A stretch of DNA of 63,981 nucleotides, filler included, from a bacterium (lineage in GTDB: Bacteria; UBA9089; CG2-30-40-21; SBAY01), in assembly GCA_040757115.1 (NCBI GenBank). It is 6 parts of 6 records of this genome, joined end to end, with 100 filler letters (N's around TTAATTAATTAA, not from the genome) between each part and the next. Parts side by side here need not be neighbours in the genome. Positions count along the whole stretch, not along the records: positions 1 to 25,630 come from JBFLYA010000034.1; positions 25,731 to 28,908 come from JBFLYA010000346.1; positions 29,009 to 32,111 come from JBFLYA010000347.1; 3 more parts are not named here. One strand, 5' to 3'. Below are positions 19,315 through 29,010 of this stretch, in pieces (the stretch's first letter is position 1; each line of letters begins with the position of its first letter). A model generated the notes under the pieces. The model saw nothing but the letters and a program-made list of their open reading frames with translations, searched no databases and was not told where the DNA came from. Position numbers and translations under genes: made by a program.

Positions 19315-20157
19315 TTGCGAAAAATACAGTCACAGACAATTACAAAAACAGTAAAGGATTTATGTATCAAGGCTAATCTGGAGTTACGAGAAGATGTCCT
19401 ATCAACCCTGGAGAAAGGCTTAAATAATGAAGATAATCCCCGAGCAAAAAGGATATTGCAAATATTAATCGAAAATGCTTCTCTTGCCAGAGAGAAAAAA
19501 TTGCCTATTTGCCAGGATACAGGTGTTGCCATCGTATTTATTGATATTGGTCAGGATGTCCAGATTATTGGAGATGATTTATTTTCCGCCATTAATCAAG
19601 GAATAAAACTTGGATATGAGGCGGGATATTGTCGAAAATCAGTTGTTAATGACCCAATCATAAGAGAAAACACTAATGATAATACACCAGGAATTATCCA
19701 CTATAATTTTATCGCTGGTGATAAACTAAAGATTACTGTTATGCCAAAAGGCTTTGGTTGTGAGAATAGAAGTTGTATTAAAATGCTTCTGCCAACGGCA
19801 GAGATTGGTGAAATAAAAAAGGTAATTATTGATGCGGTAAAAGACGCCGGTCCAGATGCCTGTCCCCCTTTTGTCTTAGGCATAGGGCTTGGTGGAACAA
19901 TGGATAAAGCCGCTCAACTTTCTAAAGAGGCACTACTTTCTTCCATTGATAAATCATCTTTGCAAACTCATATTGCCAGATTAGAACAAGAAATCTTCGA
20001 AGAGGTAAATAGCCTGAATATTGGTCCAATGGGATTAGGTGGTAAGACAACGGTTTTAGGTGTCAATATCCTGACTTATCCAACACATATTGGCGGACTG
20101 CCAGTTGCCATAAATATCAATTGCCATGCGTTACGAAGCGCAAGTTGTTATGTGTGA
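19315..20157 (+). CDS. Fe-S fumarate hydratase / tartrate dehydratase alpha subunit
   Basis: PICQDTG, DNTP, PKGFGCEN, ACPP, GPMGLGG, HIGGLPVA..INCHA.R; start moved to the TTG at 19315 behind AAGGAG. Confidence 0.92.
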   Translation: MRKIQSQTITKTVKDLCIKANLELREDVLSTLEKGLNNEDNPRAKRILQILIENASLAREKKLPICQDTGVAIVFIDIGQDVQIIGDDLFSAINQGIKLGYEAGYCRKSVVNDPIIRENTNDNTPGIIHYNFIAGDKLKITVMPKGFGCENRSCIKMLLPTAEIGEIKKVIIDAVKDAGPDACPPFVLGIGLGGTMDKAAQLSKEALLSSIDKSSLQTHIARLEQEIFEEVNSLNIGPMGLGGKTTVLGVNILTYPTHIGGLPVAININCHALRSASCYV

Positions 20158-20204
20158 TGTGGTGCGTATGATATACCCAAACAAAACAGGTTTGCAAAAA
20201 CTTT

Positions 20205-20374
20205 CCACCTGTGCGGTTAAATGTAAAATGGATAATGTCCAATGAAAATGTATAACTGAAAGGTAATGAGTCTTGCGAAGTACTAAAATTTCCCATTTTT
20301 CATTTCCTATTTTACATTTTACATTTATTTTTCCTTTGCGTCTCTGCGATGAATTAGTCTAATCGCACAGGTGG
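20205..20374. mobile_element. 170-bp C(G/C)ACCTGTGCG-ended MITE
   Basis: Near-identical to 53238-53407 (inverted) and 55639-55822. Confidence 0.85.
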
Positions 20375-20479
20375 GGATTTTTCCGTGTTTCATCCGTGTC
20401 CATCTGTGGCTGAATAATTACAAAGCAGACAACCTTTTTATCTCCACATCACTTTTCTACTCACAGGAGGTGAATTGAA

Positions 20480-20614
20480 TTGGTTAAAAAATTGGTTTGG
20501 TTAAGTATTATTTTATGTAGTTTTGCCAGAGTGGTAGATGCGGCAGATTTGCTTATGACCACCTTATCCGATGGGAAGACGATAAAAATAGGTAAATTAG
20601 GGATAATAAAATAA
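20480..20614 (+). CDS. 44-aa ORF with signal peptide (probably a truncated secreted protein)
   Basis: AGGAGG RBS; MVKKLVWLSIILCSFARVVDA. Confidence 0.35.
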   Translation: MVKKLVWLSIILCSFARVVDAADLLMTTLSDGKTIKIGKLGIIK

Positions 20615-20632
20615 GGGGTGCCGTTCTAAATT

Positions 20633-22594
20633 ATGGGTAAGAAAAGCAAACAACTAACTCAAAAACAAAAAAGTAAGCATTCTTCTTTTTCTAAAATGTT
20701 AGACTTTATTATAGCCAAAGATGAACCAGTTGTTTCAAACCTATTTGGTTTTATAGATTATCTATGCGGTATTTTAGTTTTTTTAATTGTCTTTGGAATC
20801 TATCTTCATACCTTAACCCCATCTATTGCCTTACATGATGCCGGGGATATGGTAACTGCGGCGTATGTATTGGGTATCCCTCATCCTACGGGGTATCCTC
20901 TTTATTGCCTCCTGGGTAAGTTCTGGATAACTATTCTACCGATAGGTAATATCGCTTACCGAATGAATATGCTTTCGGCATTATGTGCCTCGTTGGCGTG
21001 CCTGATGGTATATTTTACCATTCTAAAGTTAGCCACAAACAGTCCACAGAGGATAAAAAATGATTTCGTTAGTTTTAAATTTATAGCCGCATCAGTAGGA
21101 GCATTTATGCTTGCCTTTGCCGTTACCTTCTGGGAACAGGCATTAATTGCCGAAAAATATACCCTTAATGCTTTATTTGCCACTCTACTAATCTTTATCC
21201 TGCTGAAATGGTATGAATCGCTTAATTCGCCAGATACACACAAGCCGCAATTCTATCTTTACCTTTTCTCTTTTACCCTGGGTCTATCTTTCACTCACCA
21301 TATGCAATCTATATTTCTGATTCCACCGGCTATTTATCTTATTGCCGTAATTACCTATCAGATGAAGAAAGAAAAGACCCAAAAAATACTTACCCCTTAT
21401 CACTTATTTAAGATGTTTATTTGCTTCTTCTTACCGTTATTATTATGGCTATATTTACCCATTCGTGCTTCTACCAATCCTATCCATAATTGGGGTGACC
21501 CTCAAACCGTAGATAGATTTATAGAGCATATCCGCGGCGGACAATATGGCTATTATTTTTCATCCTCAATCAAAGAACTCACCATTAGAATATTTACTCA
21601 TCTTACCAGGTTTTTTCCACATCAATGGACGCTTTATCTGGTTTGGGTTGGAATAGTAGGGATGATAGGACTTTTTAAGCAAAGGCGAAGGATGTTTATT
21701 TTCTTGACATTATTAGTCTTAACCGATATACTTCATTCTATCCGATACACCATCATTAACATAGAAGATTACTACATCCCGTCATTTGCTGTTTTTGGAG
21801 TTTTTACTGGATATGGTTTGTGGAACATAATGAGGTATTTAAAAAAATATTTATCCCCCTACCCGTTACTCCTTTTAGGACTCCTTCCCCTTATCCCATA
21901 TAATCTGCACTTATTTCAAAGCGATAAAAGCCAACACTTTTTTGCTTATGATTACAAAACTAATATCCTCAACCATCTGAAGCCTAATGCCATACTTTTT
22001 AGTGAAGATGACAATATTGGTTTTACCTTATGGTATCTTTGTTATTGTGAGAAAGAGCGACCGGATATTGATTTACTTGACACGGTCTTTATCCAATATA
22101 AATGGTATGCTAATCGAATAAAACCTCTGCATTCTGATTATCCAGAGCAGTTACCTCAAGCCATCTCTGGTGAGATAATCACGCGAATTAAATTAAATAA
22201 TATTATTCATAATAACATTAACTCAAGACCAATTTATGTCTTTTCTGATAACTGGGTAGATAAAAAATATGGGCTTATTCCAGAAGGGATGTGTTGGCGG
22301 GTAGTAGAACACAAGGTAGATAATAAAGAGATGTTCGATGAACTTGAAAAAAATAAGATAGAGTTTAAGATTAGAGGACTAAATAAATCTATTTACAAAG
22401 GCTGGCGAGAAGAGGCAATTATAAATAACTATGCTAATTCATATTCTACCTATGGAGGAATTTATGGAAATATGGGATTCTACGACAAGGCAATTATTGA
22501 GTTACAAAAGGCGCTTAAATTAAACCCTGAGTCTGCAAATGCACATCATAATCTTGAGATAGCTTATAAGAGGTTAAAGGGAGTCAGTCCTTGA
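20633..22594 (+). CDS. DUF2723 (TMEM260-like) membrane glycosyltransferase with C-terminal TPR
   Basis: DAGDMVTAAYVLGIPHPTGYPLY, FWEQALIAEKY, NWGDP and a TPR tail. Confidence 0.88.
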   Translation: MGKKSKQLTQKQKSKHSSFSKMLDFIIAKDEPVVSNLFGFIDYLCGILVFLIVFGIYLHTLTPSIALHDAGDMVTAAYVLGIPHPTGYPLYCLLGKFWITILPIGNIAYRMNMLSALCASLACLMVYFTILKLATNSPQRIKNDFVSFKFIAASVGAFMLAFAVTFWEQALIAEKYTLNALFATLLIFILLKWYESLNSPDTHKPQFYLYLFSFTLGLSFTHHMQSIFLIPPAIYLIAVITYQMKKEKTQKILTPYHLFKMFICFFLPLLLWLYLPIRASTNPIHNWGDPQTVDRFIEHIRGGQYGYYFSSSIKELTIRIFTHLTRFFPHQWTLYLVWVGIVGMIGLFKQRRRMFIFLTLLVLTDILHSIRYTIINIEDYYIPSFAVFGVFTGYGLWNIMRYLKKYLSPYPLLLLGLLPLIPYNLHLFQSDKSQHFFAYDYKTNILNHLKPNAILFSEDDNIGFTLWYLCYCEKERPDIDLLDTVFIQYKWYANRIKPLHSDYPEQLPQAISGEIITRIKLNNIIHNNINSRPIYVFSDNWVDKKYGLIPEGMCWRVVEHKVDNKEMFDELEKNKIEFKIRGLNKSIYKGWREEAIINNYANSYSTYGGIYGNMGFYDKAIIELQKALKLNPESANAHHNLEIAYKRLKGVSP

Positions 22595-22646
22595 ATAGGG
22601 AATTTAGTCGTAAATTATATATTCAAGGGTTGCTCCTATTTTTTTA

Positions 22647-22675
22647 TTGACATCAGAGGAAGAAGGTATTATAAT
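22647..22675 (+). promoter_or_regulatory. sigma70 promoter, probably leaderless transcript
   Basis: TTGACA-17 bp-TATAAT ending 8 nt before the ATG at 22684. Confidence 0.65.
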
Positions 22676-22683
22676 TCATAATT

Positions 22684-23769
22684 ATGTGGATTCTTGAGTT
22701 TTATATCTTACGGACATTCTGGAAACCCTTTGTGACGAGCCTTTTCTTCTTTAGTGGATTAATTATCATTACCCGCTTTTTTACCCAGTCAGCGTTATTG
22801 ATAGAAACGCAACTTCCTCCTTTAATCTTTACTGAGTATTTCCTCTGTCAAATACCTTTTGCTCTGGTGTTAGTCAGCCCGGTTGCGGTATTATTAGCCT
22901 GCCTGTTTTCCCTGGGGAGTCTTGCCCATCATAACGAAATTATGGCAATGAAATCATCTGGCGTCCATTCATACCGTATTATTTTACCTATTTTGTTATC
23001 TGCATTGTTCATTAGTTTCTTAATTACAGGTTTTAATAATTCTATTGTTCTAAAGGCGAACCAGAGGGTAAGTAAAATAAAATCACAAAAAATATATCGT
23101 GAAAATATCTCTTTCATCGTTGAAAATCTTTCTTTTAGAAATGATAAAGGCTGGTTTCTGATGATTAAATCGTTTGATAAAGAAAAAGGCAAAATGGAGG
23201 GGATAGAAATTAAAGCCCTGAATGATGAAGGGCACCTTTCTTTACGAATAGATGCTAAAGAGGCAAAGTGGGTAAATGGTATCTGGTGGCTTAAAAAAGG
23301 AATTTTGCGAGGGTTTAATCAACAGGGATTGGTTATCAAGGAAGAAAAGTTTGAAGAGCAAATGCTACAGATGTGGTCTCCAAAAGAAATCTGGTTAATT
23401 AGTCAGGCAGAAAGGAAACAGACTAATGATATGAGTATCAAAGAATTAGTCGCATATATCGAACTACTCAAGGAAAGTGGTTGTAAATTTAATGATAAGT
23501 TAGTTGACCTGCACCTGAAGATTTCTTTCCCTTTTGCTAACCTGATTATGGCATTAATTGGGACAAGTTTATCTTTACAAAAACCCAAAGGCAAAATAGT
23601 GGCAAGTTTTGGCTTGAGTATTCTTATCAGTTTCCTTTACTGGGAGGCAATAGGTATTGGTCGGGCTTTAGGGATGGCTGAAAATTTACCACCAGTCTTT
23701 TCTGCCTGGATTGCCAATATCATTTTTGGGATAGTCGGGATTTATTTAGCATTTAAGATTAAGAATTAG
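22684..23769 (+). CDS. LPS export ABC permease LptF/LptG family
   Basis: L...NEIMAMKSSG, RIDAKEAKW, KISFPF and LPP..SAWIANIIFG. Confidence 0.9.
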   Translation: MWILEFYILRTFWKPFVTSLFFFSGLIIITRFFTQSALLIETQLPPLIFTEYFLCQIPFALVLVSPVAVLLACLFSLGSLAHHNEIMAMKSSGVHSYRIILPILLSALFISFLITGFNNSIVLKANQRVSKIKSQKIYRENISFIVENLSFRNDKGWFLMIKSFDKEKGKMEGIEIKALNDEGHLSLRIDAKEAKWVNGIWWLKKGILRGFNQQGLVIKEEKFEEQMLQMWSPKEIWLISQAERKQTNDMSIKELVAYIELLKESGCKFNDKLVDLHLKISFPFANLIMALIGTSLSLQKPKGKIVASFGLSILISFLYWEAIGIGRALGMAENLPPVFSAWIANIIFGIVGIYLAFKIKN

Positions 23770-23783
23770 AAAAGAAGTTGCCA

Positions 23784-25361
23784 TTATTCCGCCAGCCAGC
23801 TAAATACTCGATTAACGAAATCGTGGCTAAATACCAGAAGAGAATTAACAAAAGAGGATGTATCACCAAAAACCAGAACTTTGCCCTGACCATAATTTTG
23901 ACAGGCTACAAGGATAATGTCTCCTAATTGTTCATTCGGGTCATAATCTAAATTCCCTAAATATGCCTGTTCGGGATTATCTTCTTTGCCCGGGTCAGAG
24001 TAACCATATTTACCCATAATGATAGGGTAGGCGGGGTGAGTAATTTTTAATGAGGCGCCAACGACAATTCCTGGTTCATCCTCAATATCCTCTAAACCAA
24101 TGGTAATCGGATGATTAAGATACTGATATGAATGAAGCCAACCACCAATGAAATAATCCGCTGAATCAAAATTATATTTAATATTTACTGGTTCTAAAAT
24201 GTCATTTAACTGGTTACTTGCACCTTTTTTATAAAATGTATGGTCTCCTAAAAGAAGTAATGAACCACCCTTTTCAACAAACTCCCAGATAGCCTTGTTT
24301 TCGTCATCCGCAATAGCCTCCTCAATATTTATCATAACTAATATCTTTGCCTCGTTTAATATCTTTTGAGTAATTGTTTTAGTCCAGATGGGTTCAAATC
24401 CAATCCTGGCAACAAACAACGGTAAATTTCCAAACATACCTCCACTGTAAGCCCCAAAATCGTTAAAAGTTGGTATGTTCCAATTTAAAAAGCCTTTTTC
24501 ATAAAAAACAACCTTTTCTTTACTTACAGATTTTTGAGAAGGATGCGGAAATGTCATAAAACCAATTGAAAAACAAACTAACAGCCCAATAATGGGGATA
24601 AAAATTTTACCACCTCTTGTTTGTTCAACCTGAAATTCTACATCTTTTAAACCAAAATAAAGCGGGATAAGAAGGAGTAATGATAAAAAAGTAGGCAGGA
24701 TTAAAATAAAAATATCCTTTTTATGAAAAATCTCTATTAAAAACGCAGCACCAATAACATAAACTATCTGAATAAATAAAACTAAAACTAAACTTAAGAT
24801 TAGAGAAAATATTTTCTTTTTCTGCGAGAAAAGGCACAAACTCAAAATGATGAAGAGCAATAACAAAGAGATAAAAAGCCCAAGAAATGTATGCCCCAGT
24901 AGAATATCCTTTCTAATGAGTGTGCTTAAAGATGCTGTGAATGATAGCGAGAGATTTTGCAATCCACACCAAACAAAAGGATGAAATTTATAAAATATTA
25001 TAAAAAACAGATAAAGGCTCGTCGCAAAAAGTAATGTTGGTATCTCTTTTGGCTGGTAGTTTAATCCTCGTAAAAATAGCCCAAAACCAAATAAAACAAA
25101 GATAACTCCTGTTAATCTTAAAATTATATCTTTGGGAAGTAATGCAAAACCCAGAAGCGAAAAAAATAATCCTGCAATTAACAACCTTTTAGCTACAATC
25201 ATTGGTTTAAATGGGAAATAACTTACCAGAAGGCATAAAAGCAAGATAGTGCCCAGATAGAGATTTAACCAATGAGTAAAAAAACCCATATTTTCTGAAA
25301 GGAAGTTAATAGAAATAAAAAAAAGAGAAAATTTAGTAAATTGGGAATGGTGTATTTCCAT
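23784..25361 (-). CDS. Multi-TM membrane protein with a C-terminal GATase-like (DUF4350/GldG-like) domain
   Basis: Hydrophobic N-terminal half; FVEKGGSLLLLGDH and YGQGKVLVFGDTS. Confidence 0.65.
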   Translation of the reverse strand: MEIHHSQFTKFSLFFISINFLSENMGFFTHWLNLYLGTILLLCLLVSYFPFKPMIVAKRLLIAGLFFSLLGFALLPKDIILRLTGVIFVLFGFGLFLRGLNYQPKEIPTLLFATSLYLFFIIFYKFHPFVWCGLQNLSLSFTASLSTLIRKDILLGHTFLGLFISLLLLFIILSLCLFSQKKKIFSLILSLVLVLFIQIVYVIGAAFLIEIFHKKDIFILILPTFLSLLLLIPLYFGLKDVEFQVEQTRGGKIFIPIIGLLVCFSIGFMTFPHPSQKSVSKEKVVFYEKGFLNWNIPTFNDFGAYSGGMFGNLPLFVARIGFEPIWTKTITQKILNEAKILVMINIEEAIADDENKAIWEFVEKGGSLLLLGDHTFYKKGASNQLNDILEPVNIKYNFDSADYFIGGWLHSYQYLNHPITIGLEDIEDEPGIVVGASLKITHPAYPIIMGKYGYSDPGKEDNPEQAYLGNLDYDPNEQLGDIILVACQNYGQGKVLVFGDTSSFVNSLLVFSHDFVNRVFSWLAE

Positions 25362-25364
25362 TGA

Positions 25365-25540
25365 TTCCTCCTGAAAATAAGGAAGTAGGAAGTAGAGAGT
25401 AGAGAGTAGAAAGTAAAGAAAACATCACTCCTCAGGCCTATCTCCTTTTGGTCAATGGTCAATGGTCATTGACTAATGACCATTGACTCCAATCTCTCTC
25501 CCATTAATTTTCATCGTCCTCGTATAATATATATTGTTGG
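25365..25540 (-). repeat. Array: leader - chimeric module ending in module A - half-site
   Basis: Leader ATTTTCATCGTCCTCGTATAATATATATTGTTGG identical to 28875-28908; half-site TTTTCAGGAGGAA supplies the RBS of the gene starting at 25361. Confidence 0.75.
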
Positions 25541-25630
25541 TCATTTTGAATGCCACAATCTTAATTCCTTATTAAATCCCCCACGATTGGGGGTTGGGGG
25601 TTGAAAATAAAATTAAAAAATTAATTATTA

Positions 25631-25730
25631 NNNNNNNNNNNNNNNNNNNNNNNNNNNNNNNNNNNNNNNNNNNNTTAATTAATTAANNNNNNNNNNNNNN
25701 NNNNNNNNNNNNNNNNNNNNNNNNNNNNNN
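25631..25730. other. Artificial contig linker (also 28909-29008, 32112-32211, 35309-35408, 60837-60936)
   Basis: Each is 100 bp of N with a central TTAATTAATTAA. Confidence 0.99.
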
Positions 25731-26109
25731 GTTTTGCAAAATCAGAAAACTGTAATTTTTAAGCGGGTATTTAAAACCTCTATTTTTATCAATTTCCTCC
25801 AAAGAGCAAAATGCAAAAAGCAAATATAAAAATTACATATCAAAATGTAAAATTATCCCTTTCCTTTCAGCGTTAAAATACTTAAAGCAAAAATATTACC
25901 AAATTCCTCCAACTCTTTGAGAAACACTATCCTTTGGCAACTTATCGATGAATTCTATAAGTCGCAGAGTAAAGTTATACCGTCTTTTGTTGAAGTCCTT
26001 TTTGAAATTTGATTTGTAATTTTGCATTTTGATATTTATATTTGATATTTAATATTTGATATTTAATATTTATTTGTTGTCTCCCCCAAATCCTATTTTG
26101 CAGAACCCT
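25731..26109 (-). mobile_element. AGGGTTCTGCAAAA-ended element carrying a four-helix-bundle gene remnant
   Basis: End shared with 60535 onward; inverted GTTTTGCAAAA next to the gap. Confidence 0.65.
25853..26027 (-). pseudogene. Internally deleted four-helix-bundle (23S rRNA IVP-family) gene
   Basis: MQNYKSNFKKDFNKRRYNFTLRLIEFIDKLPKDSV joined out of frame to FLKELEEFGNIFALSILTLKGKG*. Confidence 0.7.
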
Positions 26110-26141
26110 GGATGTTAATTTACCATATTCTCAATTCATTG

Positions 26142-27137
26142 TCAATTTTTTTCTTTGGCTTTTTCCTCCGGTGTATTATTTTCACTGAATCGACCCATTT
26201 TGCGGAATTTTTTATACCGTTTTAAAACAAGGGTTGAGGTGTTATGTTTTTGGAGTTCATAAAGATGTTTGATTAATGCCTTTTTAACATTATCACATAT
26301 TTCATCTATGTTTCGGTGTGCTCCACCTGCTGGTTCCTGGATAATTTCGTCAATTATTTCTAATTCAAGGAGGTCTTTTGCGGTAAGGCGAAGGGTGGCG
26401 GCTGATTCTGGGGCTTTATCTTTATCTTCCCAGAGGATAGCGGCACAGCCTTCTGGGGAAATAACCGAGTAAATTGCATTTTCTAACATTAAAATTCTAT
26501 CACCTACGGCTATGGCTAATGCACCACCACTACCACCTTCTCCAATGATGGTAACGATAATAGGTGTTTTAAGTTGGGAGAGTGCAAATAGATTTTTAGC
26601 TATCGCTTCTCCCTGACCTCTTTCTTCTGCCCCTATCCCTGGATAGGCACCTGGGGTATCGATAAAAGTCAATAGTGGTTTTTTGAATTTCTCAGCTAAT
26701 TCCATTATTCGCAGAGCCTTGCGGTATCCTTCTGGATGAGGCATACCGAAATTACATAGAAGATTACTTTTGGTATCTCTACCTTTTTTGTGTCCAATTA
26801 TAAATACACATTGGCCTTCTAAAAAGGCAATACCACCTATTATTGCCGGGTCATCTGAGTATTTTCTATCGCCATGCAATTCGATAAAATCAGTAAAAAT
26901 CTTCGAGATATAATCTATCGTGTTCGGTCTTTGTGGATGTCGAGCTAACTGAGTTATTTGCCAGGGGGTAAGATTAGCGAATATCTTGCGTTTTATTGTC
27001 GCTACTTGTTTTTCTAATTCCTTAACCTGTTTTGTTACATCTAAATCTTGTTTAGTCTGACTAATACTGGTTAGTTCTGTAATTTTGTTTTCTAATTCTT
27101 CAATTGGTCGTTCAAAATCTAAATATGTATTTCCCAT
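26142..27137 (-). CDS. accA: Acetyl-CoA carboxylase carboxyltransferase alpha
   Basis: LARHPQRP, ELHGDR, FIDTPGAYPG, GEGGSGGAL and YSVISPEGCA. Confidence 0.97.
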   Translation of the reverse strand: MGNTYLDFERPIEELENKITELTSISQTKQDLDVTKQVKELEKQVATIKRKIFANLTPWQITQLARHPQRPNTIDYISKIFTDFIELHGDRKYSDDPAIIGGIAFLEGQCVFIIGHKKGRDTKSNLLCNFGMPHPEGYRKALRIMELAEKFKKPLLTFIDTPGAYPGIGAEERGQGEAIAKNLFALSQLKTPIIVTIIGEGGSGGALAIAVGDRILMLENAIYSVISPEGCAAILWEDKDKAPESAATLRLTAKDLLELEIIDEIIQEPAGGAHRNIDEICDNVKKALIKHLYELQKHNTSTLVLKRYKKFRKMGRFSENNTPEEKAKEKN

Positions 27138-27150
27138 AGGTATTTTGCCT

Positions 27151-28215
27151 TTACCGAGCTTTTCCTACCAAATCTGCGAATTCTCTTGGATTAATAGATT
27201 TAGCTAATGCTTCTTCATAAGAAACTATTTTTTTAGCCACTAATTCTGCTAAAGATTGGTCCATACTGCGCATACCTTGTTTTTTTCCGGTTTGAAGCAC
27301 GGAAGGTATCTGGTAAGTTTTGGCTTCACGAATAAGAGACCTGACGGCTGGCACAGCCACCAGAACCTCAAAAGCGGCTACTCTCCCTTTTTCAACTACC
27401 TTTCTAATCAAAAGTTGTGAAATAACACCGACTAAATTAACGGTTAATTGAGAACGGACTTGAGGTTGTTGATGAGGGGGGAAAACATCGACTATTCGGT
27501 CAATAGTTGAAACTGTATCTGTGGTATGGAGTGTGCCGAGAACCAAATGTCCAGTTTCCGCCGCGGTCACAGCTAATTGTATCGTTTCCAGGTCACGCAT
27601 CTCACCTATTAAGATAACATCCGGGTCCTGGCGAAAGACATGTTTTAATGCCTCACTAAAAGATAAAGTATCTGATTCTAATTGTCTTTGATTTACAACC
27701 GCTTTTTTACATTCATGAGTGAACTCAATCGGGTCTTCAATCGTCATTATATGAACCGGGAAAGTCTCGTTAATATAATCAATTAAAGCGGCTTGAGTCG
27801 TAGTTTTTCCTGCCCCAGCTGAGCCAGTAATTAATAAAAGCCCTCTTGGCCTGCGACATAAATCTTTACAGATTTCAGGCAGACCTAATTCATCCATAGT
27901 TTGGGTTTTTAATGGAATAATTCGGCAGACTATTCCTATCATTTCGCGTTGTTGGAAGATATGTGTTCTGAATCTTGCCAAACCAGGTATTTCATAACTC
28001 AAGTCCAGCCCCAATGATGCCTCAAATCTGCGTTGTTGGGTTGGTGTTAGCATATCATAAGCTAATTTTTTAGTATCTGCCTCGGTAAGTTTGGGTAGAG
28101 TTTCCAGGGCAACTAAATCCCCATAGACCCTGAGTAAAGGTGGACTTCCAACCTTTAAATGCAGGTCTGATGCATCGCTTTTAACGGCAATTTCTAATAA
28201 TTCGTTAATATTCAT
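27151..28215 (-). CDS. pilT: Type IV pilus retraction ATPase PilT family
   Basis: ASDLHL, Walker A GSAGAGKT, TIEDPIE, RQDPDVILIGEMRD and AETGHLVLGTLHT. Confidence 0.93.
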   Translation of the reverse strand: MNINELLEIAVKSDASDLHLKVGSPPLLRVYGDLVALETLPKLTEADTKKLAYDMLTPTQQRRFEASLGLDLSYEIPGLARFRTHIFQQREMIGIVCRIIPLKTQTMDELGLPEICKDLCRRPRGLLLITGSAGAGKTTTQAALIDYINETFPVHIMTIEDPIEFTHECKKAVVNQRQLESDTLSFSEALKHVFRQDPDVILIGEMRDLETIQLAVTAAETGHLVLGTLHTTDTVSTIDRIVDVFPPHQQPQVRSQLTVNLVGVISQLLIRKVVEKGRVAAFEVLVAVPAVRSLIREAKTYQIPSVLQTGKKQGMRSMDQSLAELVAKKIVSYEEALAKSINPREFADLVGKAR

Positions 28216-28310
28216 AATTACTGCCTTATCAATCTTAAAGAGACACTATTGTGGTGTTGAGTAAGTTTTGCACGGGGTATCATCAGATTTCATAACCGGC
28301 AAACGGATAA

Positions 28311-28443
28311 TTGGTAACTGGTAACTGGTAATTGGTAACTGGTAATTGGTAACTCGTAATTGGTAATTGGTAACTCGTAATTGGTAATTGGTAACTGGTA
28401 ATTGGTAATTGGTAATTGGTAATTGGTAACTCGTAATTGGTTA
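28311..28443 (+). repeat. Heptamer tandem repeat (YTSGTAA) x19
   Basis: TTGGTAA/CTGGTAA/CTCGTAA units; related shorter runs near 40577-40621, 57811-57840, 59574-59633 and 62436-62512. Confidence 0.95.
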
Positions 28444-28597
28444 AATAATTTCGTCCTGAGTTCAGCCGGTAATCCCTCAGTTATCAGTGGTAAAAACTAA
28501 ATAGAAATTTTCTCTCGCAAAGACACAAAGTTCGCAAAGATTATAATTTATTCCTTTGCGTTCTTTGCGCCTTAGCGGGAAATTTAATCTTTATGCC

Positions 28598-28908
28598 TTT
28601 CCCCTGAAAATAGCGAATTAGTGAATTAGAGATTAGCGAATTAGTATAGTATCCACAGACTCGTATCCTCTGGTTTAGAACACATATTCCCCCTTAATAA
28701 AGGGGGTTAGGGGGTTGTCCTTCTCCCATTTTCATTGCCCTTTGTGAGCCCTGGCTCATGTCCGTTTCTCCTGAAAATAGAAAGTAGAGAGTAGAAAGTA
28801 GAGAGTAGAAAGTAAAGAAAACATCACTCCTTACGCCTATCTCCTTACCTCCCACCTTCTATCTCCTACCTACTATTTTCATCGTCCTCGTATAATATAT
28901 ATTGTTGG
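28598..28908 (-). repeat. Array: leader - module A - site - module B - half-site
   Basis: Site at 28728-28777, half-site at 28598-28610; contig ends in the leader. Confidence 0.85.
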
Positions 28909-29010
28909 NNNNNNNNNNNNNNNNNNNNNNNNNNNNNNNNNNNNNNNNNNNNTTAATTAATTAANNNNNNNNNNNNNNNNNNNNNNNNNNNNNNNNNNNN
29001 NNNNNNNNGC

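Noticed and set aside
649-25462. Short ORFs 649-852, 8038-8263, 13357-13551, 18653-19052 and 25265-25462
   Set aside because: They lie in repeats or MITEs and have no recognisable motifs.
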